Source: Lingula anatina (Eukaryota > Animalia > Brachiopoda). Taken from it: a stretch of 64,000 bases of DNA. The DNA is taken from contig CM120645.1 of assembly GCA_051362555.1 (NCBI GenBank), forward strand, positions 2,666,001-2,730,000, in the 5' to 3' direction. The position numbers and the translations under genes were made by a program. The notes below the pieces were generated by a model. That model ran no database searches and was not told the DNA's origin. It worked only from the letters and a program-made list of their open reading frames with translations. Shown one piece after another: positions 13,089-26,093 of this stretch. The first letter of the stretch is position 1. Every line of letters starts with the position of its first letter.

Positions 13089-16000
13089 CATAAAAAATAA
13101 CGATTTAGTGAAAAACACCCATTTCCCCATTGATTTGATTGGGGACTAGTGCGTCACGCAGGGTGTAGCGCACTTCAACTTGGCGTAGTTCTCTTATTTG
13201 GTCGGTGACCCCCAACTTTTTTGGCAAAATTAAAATCTACTTGGATGCCTCTTTACACAAAAAAAAAAAAGTTTTTTTAAAAAATTCAAACGTTAGAAAA
13301 ATCATAAAAAATAACGTTTTGGTGAAAAACACCCATTTCCCCATTGATTTGATTGGGGACTAGTGCGTCACGCAGGGTGTAGCGCACTTCAACTTGGCGT
13401 AGTTCTCTTATTTGGTCGGTGACCCCCAATTTTTTTGGTAAAATTTAAATGTACTTGGAGGCCTCTTTACACAAAAAAATTTTTAAAAAAATTCGAACGT
13501 CAGAAAGTCATAAAAAATAATGCTTTAGTGAGAAAACCCCCATTTTCCCATTGATTTGAATGGGGACTAGTGCGATATGCAGGGTGTATCATATTTGGGG
13601 CTAGTTCTCTTATTTGGTCGGTGACCCCCAATTTTTTTTGCAAATTTTTAATGTACTTGGGTGTCTCTTCAAACAAAAAAAATTTTAAAAAAATTCGAAC
13701 GTTGGAACATGTAACGACCGATCTACCTTAAGTAAAATGCAAAAATTAACTTGATTTGGAATGCTACATTAATGTTGATGATATAAATTTCCTTTCCTTT
13801 ATAATGAATGACTTTGAAGTTGTCTGATATTTTTCACATTTGACAAATGTTAACTGTTTTACATTTATATTTATACTTCTGCAAAGAGCAGTCTGGATGC
13901 TTCATTGAGTTTGGGATCAAAACTAAAGATATGTTATTGAGTCTTTTTGGATAAAGATTTGATCTCATAGCACCTTTTTATTTTATGTAATTTATTTATA
14001 TAATTTATTTTTATTAAGCAGATTTGAATAAATTTACATTGCAATTATTACTATGAAAATAAGAAGTATTAATATATTTTAAGGATTTTAAGACATCTTT
14101 TTATGTTATATGTTTAGCTTGAAGTCGACAGCAGTGCAGTCCCCCAGAGAGTGGATAGAGGAGGACATCAAGCTACACGAGTCTCAGAGTGACATGAGGA
14201 AAAGTCGCCAGCTAGAAAAAAATAAGAACAAGAAGGAAACAGGAGTGGGTCCCCGGCTGTCGGATGATTATGAAGGTATCTGTTTAATTATTAATAAATG
14301 TTGAGTGCTGTAATTTGCATGGGATAGTCTATCATCAAATGCTCTTACACAAAATGTGGTTACAAATTTTTTGACATCATATCTTAATGGAGTGATTATT
14401 GTATACCTCTTGATTGTGTCAAGTGAATTATATAATCACAATAATGTTCATTTTATTATTTTTCTGCATCTTTAAGTAAAAATAGATCATTCTAACTCCA
14501 CTTCATTAAACAAAAAGTATGCTAGACTAGTGTGGTTTTAAAATATGCCAATTTCCTAAATCCAGATATGTCACCCAGACACCAGGGGGAGTTACAAGAT
14601 CAAGACGAGTCCCTCACTGATGTTATTGCAGCATTGAGAGGAACAGAACTGAGGAGTACACGTTTCAATGATGTTGACAATGATAACGATGAGGATGATG
14701 GTATTGTGGCAGAGTATGAAGACTCCGATGAGTAAGTAATCTTGATAAGAGTCTGAAGTAATACATTATGGGGGGAGGTATGATTGTATTGTCTAAGATC
14801 AAAGAAATAGAGTACAAGCACAATGTAATACTTGTGAAATTAGTCTTCATTAAGGGATTACTCCAACTATAGCAGAAAAATATGTAATTTATTATAAAAT
14901 GGAGCCAGAATTGTTTCGGAAATGTGCCAGTTTTAAATGAATCAGCTTTTAGCTCATTAAGCACATCAGTCTATGTATTTTGCAGCTTCTCTCTCATAAA
15001 AAGACAAAAATCACATGTTTCTGAGTAATGTTGCACGCACATTTTCTTGCAACCAATCAGCAGTGAGCCAGTGATAAAGGCTGAGCTCTTCCTTGTGCTA
15101 TGCTTTATACAACAATCCTTCTTTATCTCCAGGGAACCGGTTGGTCCCCCTCAGAAGGTGAAGACGCATCATTCTCGTGCCTTGAAGGAAGACGGTGTGT
15201 ACCTGTTTGCCTCCCCACCAAAGTCTGCTCCTAGCAGGTCCCCAACGTTAGAAGATGAAAGCAGGGTAAGCAGTGTGCATTGTATAGATATAACTGGAAC
15301 TGTGTTCATGTACTTCAGCAAAAATAAAAATGTTTTACATAGGAAGCTTTAACAGAGAGTCAAGGTTTTGTCTGTTTCACTCCAGTATAAACTTTTCATG
15401 TTTTAAAATTATCATATGTTTGAGTTCTGACTTCAGTGTGTTGGAATAACTGTTTCAAGACCTGTTAACCAAATTGCTTGTTTATCCATTTTTTCTTTGT
15501 TAATCCATTCATTCTTTAGCTGCTGTTTTTGTGTCTGTCTGCCAGATAATGTGGGTCAGATACATTGTCTGTCTGTCAGTCTCATCTGCTTTACATTGTT
15601 TTTTCATTCATTTAAATATTCATTCTTTCAAGGTTCACAAAAATAACACCAGGAAATCCTCAGCCAAGAGGAGCCTTGAAGGACATTACCCCACAAAGAA
15701 AGGAGCTGGCCCCGATGATGCCTTTATATTAGACAGCAGTAGTGATGATGATAATGATATTAAGGATGAGGATCATGACATAACGAGGCTAGATTCACTG
15801 AGAGACAGTGAGGTAATAGAGACTAGTCACGAGAATAGGACTAAATTAAGGAGTAGTAAAAGTAGGGATTTTAAAACATCAAAATACAAGGCTAAAGAGG
15901 ATGTAATAGAAGAAACTGGATATGATGATGGTGGTCAGAGGACTGTGGGCTCAGAGAATGAGGTTGTGAACTTGGACAGACTTTCACATGACAAACCACA

Positions 16001-17996
16001 AATCAAAACCAGAACTTCAACCACTAATAATATCAACGAAAAAATTGCTCAAAAGTCTAAACCAGTTCCGCCTCCCATTGGAGCTGGCAAGACACCAAGA
16101 ATGACAGCTCCGAGAATTCACAGCCCGCGGATCTCCAATGAGGAGCCACGCCCATCTAGTTCCAAAAGGTCACAGGGGTCAAATTCGTCCAATGACAGTG
16201 GACAAACCCTCCAGGCATCACATAATATGGATTTATTAAAGACGAACGGGAGCAGTGCCAGCGGGGGATCTGTTAGCCCACGGGGGAGTTATTCAAGATG
16301 CAGTATTAGTAAGAAGTCGCTTCGGGAGATTTCCAAAGATGATGCAAGATTGTCACAGGTCAGTAAAATTGCTTTTAAAAATTATTTCAAGAAGTTAACA
16401 TAATTGATGTTGTATTTGTAATTTATTTATTAGAATACAAGAGAAAGTTTCAAGTAAAAGTGTTCAGGTTTTTGATGAAAAAAGTATAGATTTTGTCAAG
16501 TAATGTGAAAACACAGCTGAAGGTGTTTATTTCTTCCACAGGGTAATTGCCTATACCTGCTTGAAGTACTTCAGACTTATGTAAAATGTGTTTCTTTTCT
16601 ATTCAGAACAAACAGTATGACTTCACCAAGTACCAGATGGCAGATCTCTCCGAGTCATTTGAGGCCCGAATGCTGGCTAGTCTCAAACGAGAGGCAGAAG
16701 AGGAAATGGAGGAGGGGGGAGGACAATATGAAGGAGGTAGCCAGAACAGCCAACAGCAGAAAAATTCATCCAATCAGGGGATAGATAAACATTTGTATGG
16801 GGATGATGACTTGAGCAGCTCAAGTGATGATACATCTTTTAGTACATTTAGAGGACAGGTAAGTAAATAATTGTTGTAACTGTTCAATAAAAGTCCATGA
16901 GTCCTTGTAGAACACTGACAAAGGTCTTGGACGAGGAAGATTTACCTTAGGAAACTCTGAGATAGGCTTCAAAAATTGTTAATGAGACAGTTTTAGCTTG
17001 AAGTTTGTAACAATACTATTCCTAGGCTACTACACATTTTCAGATGAATTTCCATTTGGAATTCCTAAAACAGTGTTTTGTTTTTCCCAGGCTCCAGCTC
17101 TCCAATCTCATCACTACCAAGATGAGATGCATCTCCCAACGTCACGGATGAGTGAAGATCCCCTCGCCATGTCTAATCCTAGGTAAAATATTTGTTTGAT
17201 CAAGTATGTTGCTGCTGTCAAGTTGTATTGAGATACTGTTCTTGATTGAGATTGGTTTTGTATTTTGAATTACTTGTGGCAAGATTTGCCAACTTGTAGA
17301 ATATGTACAAGATTTCCTGAAAACTGAGAAGTTTAGAAGGAACTTTCTGAGCAGTAAATGTTTATCCAATTTTGTCAAGAGGTGGAAGGTTATGAAAGTA
17401 ATTCTGGCAGTCATATATGTTTGTACTTGTATATTTAGTGTGGGGAATGTGGAAACTTCTCCCCTTTGTATGAAAAAATTACATATTTAATTTGAAAATT
17501 TCAGGGATTGGACTGGTGCTTTCAGCCCTCCTATAGTTTTACCCTCAGAGATGAAGCATGACCCAGATCCCAGTGAGCTGTCCCCAGGGAAACTAGAACC
17601 CAGAGGATCCCCCAGGAAAGGGGACAAGAAAAGCACTTCAAGATCTCCAGGTAGAAAAAAGATGATCCCTCTGGATTATAGCTCCAATGTATATTAGCTT
17701 TTTCATTTGAAAAATCATCTCTAATTTTTTTTTAGGAAGCTGATCTCGTTAGAAAATAAAAGTTTCTTAAATGCAAAAAATTCCTTTGCTCCGAATTTTT
17801 CAAAAGCATGCAACATACATGTTTAATTGATGTTCTCTATTTATTTATTTATTTTTCAGATGGGAGGCGGGGCAGGCTACCCAGTAAGACAGATGAAGAC
17901 ATTGGCCATGAAGAAGATGAGCTGGACCTGCTCTATGACCCCTGCCTTAACTGTTATTTTGACCCCAAAACTTGCAAATACTATGAGCTAGTATGA
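8243..17996 (+). CDS. CFAP20DC: CFAP20 domain-containing protein (C3orf67 orthologue), about 17 exons: 8243-8263, 8491-8577, 8808-9246, 9640-9731, then approximately 10123-10218, 10426-10541, 10811-11005, 11424-11633, 11927-12089, 14118-14275, 14566-14731, 15133-15265, 15633-16358, 16608-16858, 17091-17182, 17505-17650, 17860-17996
   Basis: Spliced N-terminus MFKNEFQ|[20 protein letters not shown]...|[15 protein letters not shown]...QRFLVFQVW...WTNLCLDM...[13 protein letters not shown] matches the CFA20/DUF667 domain as I recall it. Ends in the characteristic [22 protein letters not shown]. Middle exon boundaries are approximate. Confidence 0.92.
9911..9962. repeat. (TA)n microsatellite
   Basis: About 26 TA units. 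Confidence 0.95.
12109..13727. mobile_element. Non-autonomous TTAA-targeting DNA transposon (Kolobok-like), 1619 bp, in a CFAP20DC intron
   Basis: ttaa|GGTAGATCGGTCGTTAC ... GTAACGACCGATCTACC|ttaa: perfect 17-bp TIR with RR...YY termini; no long ORF. Confidence 0.85.
13084..13705. repeat. Three tandem copies of a ~210-bp unit inside the transposon
   Basis: aaaatcataaaaaataac...ccattgatttgattggggactagtgcg...gttctcttatttggtcggtgacccc repeated three times. Confidence 0.9.
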
Positions 17997-18574
17997 TGCT
18001 GAATAACTTAAAATCATTTATTATCTGTTGAAATTGGCAATGTTTGTGATATGGTCCCTTGACTCCCTCTGTGAGAGTCATGATTTTTGTGCAAGATAGT
18101 TCTTTGCTTATCCTGAGTTTCTGAGTTCCTCCTCTGTGATAACATGCAATTTACTGGAAACTGTAGAAGAATGCTGATAGCTATATATTTATACTCAAAA
18201 TTTGTTACCTTTTAGTTGATTGTGATTGATACGGTATACCGTGGCCGTGAAGAAAAAAGTGATGAAAATTCTAGGTAAATTGAGCTTTTGTTAAGGTCAA
18301 ATTTGTTAAGGTCAGTTGCCTGTTGTTTACATACATCAGTAAATTTTAGATATTTAAAAGGATTTTTTATAAATTGCTTACTAAAGTTCCTGTTTATGGA
18401 AGGACATGTACTAGACAGAAACGGGAGCCCAGAGTGTGATAAGATCAGTTTGTGATACTGTGCAGCTGTAATGTATTGTTATATGAATTGATTGGTGATA
18501 AAAGTTTGCGATGGACTCTATTCAGCCATATCTTGCTACCTTATACTTTCATACTGTGAATTATAATAACAATG

Positions 18575-18613
<39 letters not shown>

Positions 18614-19489
18614 AGCAGTGCCTTGCTTACTTCATAGGACCTACCCCAATCTGCTGTTAGAAACTTGCTATAAGTCTCTTTCAGCCTCAGTGTTATTGTA
18701 CTCTATACCACTGGCCAGCTGGATGATGTCATCATTATTCATTTTTTATTAATTTATTTATCATTAGTATTGTTATTGGAAAAATTAGTTGTACAACAAT
18801 TCCAGAGAAATGTGAGAAAATTCTCACTTGTCGAGGTTAGTGTTATGGAGACTTAACAGCAGTGACTCTGAAGACCTTTCTAGTGATGAGATAATGAGAT
18901 AGTTTTAAAAAACGCTCAAGCATATTGCTGCAGCATTTGTGTTGTGTTTTGGATAAATTATCAGTCTTTGCAAGAAAATTTTGCAAAATTTGTTGTGACT
19001 AATGCAGTATTATTAGTAAAAATCCAATATTAGTCCTTGTCTGGTCAGCGACCGCTAACAAGTTTGTTATTCCTATCAAACGGCAGCAATAAACGGCTTG
19101 TAAGTTCCAGTCGCAGTAAATAAATAAAATGAAATAAATTAAAGTTTACTGAATTTTTTGCTAAATTTTTCAATTACACAGTCACATTTTCTTTCTCCAC
19201 CAAGAGTTATAAATAAACGACGTTCTGGCATATATACTTTCACCAGCTTATCTCTGTGAACTCATTACACACCAAATTGCACGTTAAGATTTAAGGATCA
19301 ATTATTATTAAAACCTCATAATATCCGAGACTAATAACAATTGGAGAAAATTTTTGAACATGCGGCCCCATATAAATGGAATCAGTTGCCATCAAAACTT
19401 AGGAATATAAACTCGGCGGCTGATTTTGAAAAAGCTCTGAAAACTTCATCTTTGTAAAACGTTTTATGATTGACCATTTTTATACTCAA

Positions 19490-19802
19490 AGGGATAATAA
19501 CACTTCGTGTGATATCTATATTTCACAATAAAAACATTGTGAATAACTCATAGAAATATAATATGTTTTGTTTTACCACAAAAACGGCAGATATAGCTAT
19601 TTTTTCTGATATCTGAGCTAGTCTTTAGACCACGTGACCTCCATTGATGGCTATACTCTGTTAAAATCTCTTAAGAGATTTTAACAAAAAACCAAACTTT
19701 TTAGAAAAAAAACAGGGACTAACTTTGAATGTAAAAATGGGAAAATTGTTGTTTACTCCAGGAAAATTAATTTTTTGGCCGAAACTAAGAGTTATTATCC
19801 CT
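19490..19802. mobile_element. ~313-bp TTAA MITE (Kolobok-like), copy 1
   Basis: AGGGATAATAAC...GTTATTATCCCT|ttaa with left flank tcaa; colinear with 46551-46860. Confidence 0.8.
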
Positions 19803-20416
19803 TTAACAGACCATTATAATTGGACATTTTTCTCTTTACTTTAATAAATAACATCAAAATTAGACATTTTTCTCTGCACTTTTATTACAATTACTTTTTA
19901 ATATTTAATAATCCTTTTATCTTTATATTTTATCTGTAAATTCTACAGAACATATTTTACGATTTTAGACTTTTAAAAATATATTATTATATATTATAAA
20001 AGATAAATGCCTTTATTCTTGAGCATTTTCAGCAAAAAGGAATACTAGGTCAACATACCATATCTCCTGTACATAGTATTATGCCCGCAATATATAAATG
20101 GATAGCGGCGACTCTAATGTGAGAGGACATGAGTCAATATGTAAAATATAATGTGTCTTAACTAGAATGAAGCTTTAAAGCTTAAAGCAATGTTAAAACA
20201 GTGCTGTAATTTATGAATAATGAGAAAATGTACACGAAAAATAGGTTTCATGTTAATAAGCAAAGAAGATAATATGCCATTATGAATTGCGTAATTTCTT
20301 TTCATTACAGATATTAATCTAAGTTTTGCCTGAACAAACGAAAACGTTTTTCATCCCACCATTTCGTTTTATATTATGCTGTTTGAAAACGCATCGTTTT
20401 TATAAATAAAGATACG

Positions 20417-21391
20417 TCACACCGAAGATTCAAAAGAAGGCAATAATTTGGAAATCCTCGGCAACACATTGCTATTCCTCTTCAAAGGGTGTTTTTCCGC
20501 GAATGCTTCAACCTTTTTATCCAAGTCCACTATCGTCTTAATATGTTGGAGTTTGTGGGTATCTAAGTTCAAGTTCCCGGCAGACGATTGGGGTCTTGAC
20601 CCACGGCTTGACTTAGTTTCTCGCCGAAGCACGCTCATGGCACTTGCAGCTCTCGTTAGAGAGCGCGGCGACTGGAGCAGATCCGGAGCACTGCGATTTT
20701 TTCGCAGCGAATTTATAGTAGGGTGCTTCCCAACTTCGGGGTTCACGAGGTGATAATGTGTGACGTCATCAAACTTCACGTTTCTGCTGGTCATTTGAAT
20801 TCGCTGCGCTTTAGCCGCCATCAGTTTTTCAGCCATTATGTAATCTGGAAGCGCCTCTCCCTTTTCAATCGCCTCCCCTATAGTACTCCGCACTTTTTCT
20901 TCGTAGGCTATTTTCATCAAGGTTCCTGACTTTTCAACCAGTTTATTACCCTCGTTTTTTGTTATACCCATACTAATTTGCCCCTTGATAAGAGGCGCGG
21001 CCGTTCGTTCACGCATGTCTTCGGTTTTGTCGGTAGCAATTTGCTCCTTGGGTTCCAGACTGTTCATTTCGTTGACTAAAGACCTTGTCCTTCCGTGAGT
21101 AAGAGCGCGTCTCAGTTCGCGCGTGCACGGCTTAGGGAAATTCATGTCGTGCAGATTGAACTTACTTTTCACGCCCAGCCAGCCGTCCCTGGGAGTGGCG
21201 GACATCGCCCGTATCCCACACTCCTCAGCGTGGTTTGCCTTGCCAGACGAGACTTTAAGGCGGTCATGATACGTCTGCTGACGGTCTATCTGCGACAGAC
21301 TCTTTTGAAGGCGCTGGTCTTCGAAAGTGTTGAGGCGGTAAGCACGCATTACTCTACGGGAACTGACGGTCGGACGTTCCTTGTGTGGCAT
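20417..21391 (-). CDS. Uncharacterised basic 324-aa protein, single coding exon
   Basis: 975-bp ORF with higher GC than its flanks. Acceptor tttcatttcag about 18 nt upstream of the ATG implies a non-coding first exon. No domain confidently recognised. Confidence 0.7.
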   Translation of the reverse strand: MPHKERPTVSSRRVMRAYRLNTFEDQRLQKSLSQIDRQQTYHDRLKVSSGKANHAEECGIRAMSATPRDGWLGVKSKFNLHDMNFPKPCTRELRRALTHGRTRSLVNEMNSLEPKEQIATDKTEDMRERTAAPLIKGQISMGITKNEGNKLVEKSGTLMKIAYEEKVRSTIGEAIEKGEALPDYIMAEKLMAAKAQRIQMTSRNVKFDDVTHYHLVNPEVGKHPTINSLRKNRSAPDLLQSPRSLTRAASAMSVLRRETKSSRGSRPQSSAGNLNLDTHKLQHIKTIVDLDKKVEAFAEKHPLKRNSNVLPRISKLLPSFESSV

Positions 21392-24300
21392 CTTTCAAGG
21401 TGCAGTTGTCTGAAATGAAATAACGGATATTTTGAGGCGGAACGATCATTTGTCAGATAACGAAATTTAACACATGTAATGTATTGTTCAGATGTCCCAG
21501 AGAAGTTAAGTAGAAGGTAACTGATTTCTTACTTAAAATCGGTCGGAAAATACTGGAATACTTCTTCGGGTAGGGTATTCCATCTCCTACTCTCCACTCG
21601 TGTTGAACTAAGCATTATAATTCATTTTTTATTATATTAGTACTAAGGTAAATGGTATATCTTGAATTTTATTCGAACAACCTATTTTATTTCATACATG
21701 TACTTACACGAGTGCACTGCAAACACATGGTGAAAAGAGTAAAAACACGTTTAATTTACCTGATTACTGCAGATTAATAAATCAAGTTAAATCAGTTGAA
21801 TAAACAGCAATCCAAGCAACCAAAGAAGTTTATACTGTTTGCACATTCCAGTCCCATAGTAAATAACCCCAAGATGTGAAAACGGTGAGCAGGCGATACT
21901 GTAGTAATAGGATGTAACCATCTCACTGTTACAGAGGTTTCTCGCTTGTTTTCATTCGTCTTGTAAGTTTATTTTCGCACCTGTGTCACCGATTCTCTTG
22001 AGTTAAATGTAAATTTCACATCATAAAAATTAATTTATAATTGCATTTTGTATCCTAAATCGCTGACACGTTTTATTATCATAGCTGAAATTCAGCGGAT
22101 GATACTGATTTTCGAATCAACGCGTTAATGTCAAAATGAAAAAAAAAATAGATAAGCAATGTCGCCTCCTCTGCTGGTGTCTTCCCCTTTACAGCTGAAG
22201 TACAGATACCCTATAAAAGGCTTTTTATCAATTTACCGGACACATTTTCCATGTGCTTAATAATTCATGTGAGTGTCTCCAACGACAACGGTCTTACAGA
22301 ATCTCATTCCATTACGCGCACACATTTAAATGTCAGATACGAAGTTTCATACAGTAATTGAAGAAATGAGGAGAAAAATAGACATACGGGCTCTGAGACA
22401 AATAAGATAACAATGAAATTAGCTCCGTGTGCCTTTGTCGTGTTGAATTATCGACCTACTGAGTTCGACCTGCTTCGGAATGAGTGTCACAGAAATATTA
22501 GCACTGTCGCCAGTATCTCGAAGGTCCTAGGGAGTTTATGAGACTTTGTATTGTTTATCAAATATTAATACGTATTGTTTTATTCGGTGAAAACTGCACG
22601 CGAGTATATCTGAGATATTAAATGGTGGACTTTGACGTGTTTTTGCGCAAAATATATGATTTTCGAATTTTCCAATAGTTTCGTCGACAGTTTTCTGGGT
22701 ACTTATATGATCTATAGACCATTACTATGTCGAGTTTTAACTCAGAAAGTACCCTTTACACTTACGTTGTTATCAACAGTTTTTCACTTGGCTTGGTATC
22801 CCAGTTTTAAAATCATTGCGTATTCAACTTGCTGCAAAGATTAAAACTAAATGAACATATTTACTGTATTTTCTCTTTAGAAGCATATCTTCGAAACACC
22901 TTACAATTGGTCTACAGACCTGTTATGATTCTTCTTAAAACTTTCCACGTATCAGATGTTTTCTTTGATAGGTACAGCTTACATGTATGACCAATTGTTC
23001 CATATATTTAAACTAAGTTACTATTAATTAAGGTAGACCCTTGCGGGAGGTGATGCGTTTTTAATAAATTCTATAAACAATTATGGGCCTATAATGATAC
23101 AAGGTTTGTAGTATTTAAATTGTCCGACTGCTTCACACAGGTGCGACCTACCTTGGTGACTTCATCGACACTTGCAGGTAGCAATGTCACTAGTTATAGA
23201 ATTGCGATGAAAAAAACAAGCAAACAAGCGCGGTCATAACCGTAAATCGATTGTCTCCTGCTCGTAAAGCAAACAAACAAAGAACAAAGATCATCACAAT
23301 GGCGACCGTAGACGATGTGTCAGGGTATGAAGTATTACTGGCTGATGGAGCACGGAAAAACACCGTCCCAATGGTGTATATTCTTTGACCATACTCACCT
23401 TTAAAAAATAGTTTAGATTAAAATTCGGTTCACTGGTATCCAATGCGTTTCAAAGGTTGGAAACGGCAGACTTTTCCGTGTATGCCAGTATGATGCATCA
23501 TTGTTTCTCCTTAATTTTGTGAACCGTGGTACACTGATATTTTACCCATCCGTTAAAGCCATGATGAACTTCACTATTGAAATAATACACAATGGTATCC
23601 AGTAGTCGAAAAATGCCTTTCTATTCCATAACGAAGTCACATTGTTGCTCCAGTACTCGGACATCTGTAGTCCTACATATTTCTAGTGTCTCGCTACAAG
23701 TGTGTGTAATGTTGTGCAGAATCCCTCTTCTTAGTTGGCCACTGGGTAGCGCGGATACTGAAATTGTAAACAGCATGCACGCTCCAAAATAAAAGGTTCT
23801 AAAGGCGTTCATTTGCCCGACTTCGCTGCCTTTCACGCTCCTGCTTATGCCAAATAAAACCCTTTCAGTCGTCGCCCTTAACAAAATTAAACAACACAAT
23901 GCATTATGAACTGCGAAAATAAAATTGAACTGCGTGGCCGCTCTGGACTAGAAATCTATTAAATCACCTAACAACTAGTTTTTGTTACTTATGCTAAAAC
24001 ACGCTGGCCTTTTCTGCACATGATTAGTTTTCTAAATTAGAAAAAGGTACCCCTGCAGCATGATAAAAAGTCCGATTTCAACACAGTCATATGTTGAAAC
24101 GCTGCTGTCAGTAAAATGAGAAAATACCTGACACAAATCAGTTATTGTTTCTGTGGGTTAATCAAAAAGTACTCATGTCAGCGGGCTAGATTTTTCATCT
24201 GAAAGTGACATTTAATTGAGTAAAAGATCCTTAATTGTTTTGACAAGCGCCTTTTTAAATTAGATTCCAGGTCTACGTATAAAATGTATGTTTGAATGTC

Positions 24301-25795
24301 ATCGTGTTGTTGACAATCAGTGTTAATTCCTTCCGACAGATTTTATCCAAAAAAGATCGCATATTTGATTAAAGTAGGTACTTAAGTGTTTATATATTAT
24401 CACCCCTTCGTAAGCTAATTAGAAAAATATATGGATGAAAAACGAAAATGGATTGACGAATATACCAAAAAAAAAAAAAAAAAAAAAAAAACCTACTTAT
24501 GAAAAAGTGGCATTATTTTATTGTCTTTTCCCTTTATGCTTCATATCAACTACGTGGAAGTCTTAAGCCACGCGAAAACAGATTCTGTGCGTGCGGTGCA
24601 ATTCAAATTAACGTAAGAACATGTTGTCTGTGACTGCATGTACATGTACATGTATAAGACTGAATACCGAAATCACTTTCGCTGAATAAGGACTTTACAA
24701 CTTTGAAGAACACTTTCGCTAGTCCCCCAAATACCAACTTTTGGGAATGCATAAATTTGTCATGTTAAATATTAGTTAATGTATTATTTGTGAGAATAAA
24801 ACTAACTATACCTACTGGTAAACAACTAAATTGCCATTCATTAAAAATCACATAGAAACGTATTTTAGTTTATTTTGTCTTTCTCGTCGTCACATCCCTT
24901 GTTGGAAGCGAATTTTTGGTGATGTCTTTTTTTTTTTTTATCTTTTTTCGATTTTTAAATAATTTTTCCAATCCTTTTTAGTATTTAAATATGTACCCCG
25001 GTATTGTACATAATGGCAGTAGTGACTATTTGTTAATTATAAGAGCCCTTGTTTTTTTTATTTATTTTTTATATTGATTTCTTTTGCCTTATTTAAGAGA
25101 TGTTACTTATTAAAATGTGGAGAAGCTGGCAGGATATAGTTAGCTGATCCATTTTAAACGTTAATAGATGATATCTTAGTTTTTTTTTCTATCTTACGAT
25201 ATATAATTATTTATTTATAGAAATGAATGCACCGCATCCTCTCTTACAGCTTACAAGCCATTAAAATCTTGTCGTGAGTTTTTACACATACAACGTTAAA
25301 ACATAAATTACAGTTATAAAAACTTACCCGTCGATTTTGCATTTATTTGCGATTTTTAATTTATCCTTGTAGCCTGTCTTGCACACAGTTTACTGCGCCA
25401 CCAACATAGTGCCGCATATCTATCGTGGCGAAAACTGATTGGTTAAAATTGAACAACATGGAATCCCCCGTGTAGGTAGCCGGCGTATTTATCAAATATT
25501 TTTTTCTTGTTTTAAAGGTAAGTGAAAAACTTTAGCGTGTTCTTATATAGAAATGTTCAAATTCGCTTGACAGGAATTAAAAAAATAGATATGAACACGA
25601 AGAGAAATGCATGGATTTTACTGAGTTTAAGTAAAACAAAGCTTAGCACAGTCACACAGTGATGTCAACACTTACAGTGCCACTGACACTAGGCAGTGAT
25701 TAGGTTGACTTTTTACTTCGACTTTGATCAAGTTCAGCTTAACTTACTTTTACTATTGTAGTTTTGACTAAAAGGAAGTGCATTATAGTGTAAGT

Positions 25796-25826
<31 letters not shown>

Positions 25827-26093
25827 TCTGAATCTCAGCTGCGCCTTTCATTTTGTTTTTTTTTTTTTTCTCTTTGGTTTTACACCCCAGATTGTTACTC
25901 TGCAAACATCAATGAAATAAACAGAATGAATGCCATGCATCACGCATAACTACATCCATTATAAATGAAAATTATTAAATGCATTACTGTATGTTAAATC
26001 ATTTTTGCTCTAGCCAAAAATCCCTTCACAGTTAAGAAAATTTCTTCATGTGAGAGAGCATTGTAACACTACATCAAGACTGCTACAGGTGAA

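Noticed and set aside
23028-24390. Possible TTAA element starting ttaaGGTAGACC
   Set aside because: I could not find a matching right TIR.
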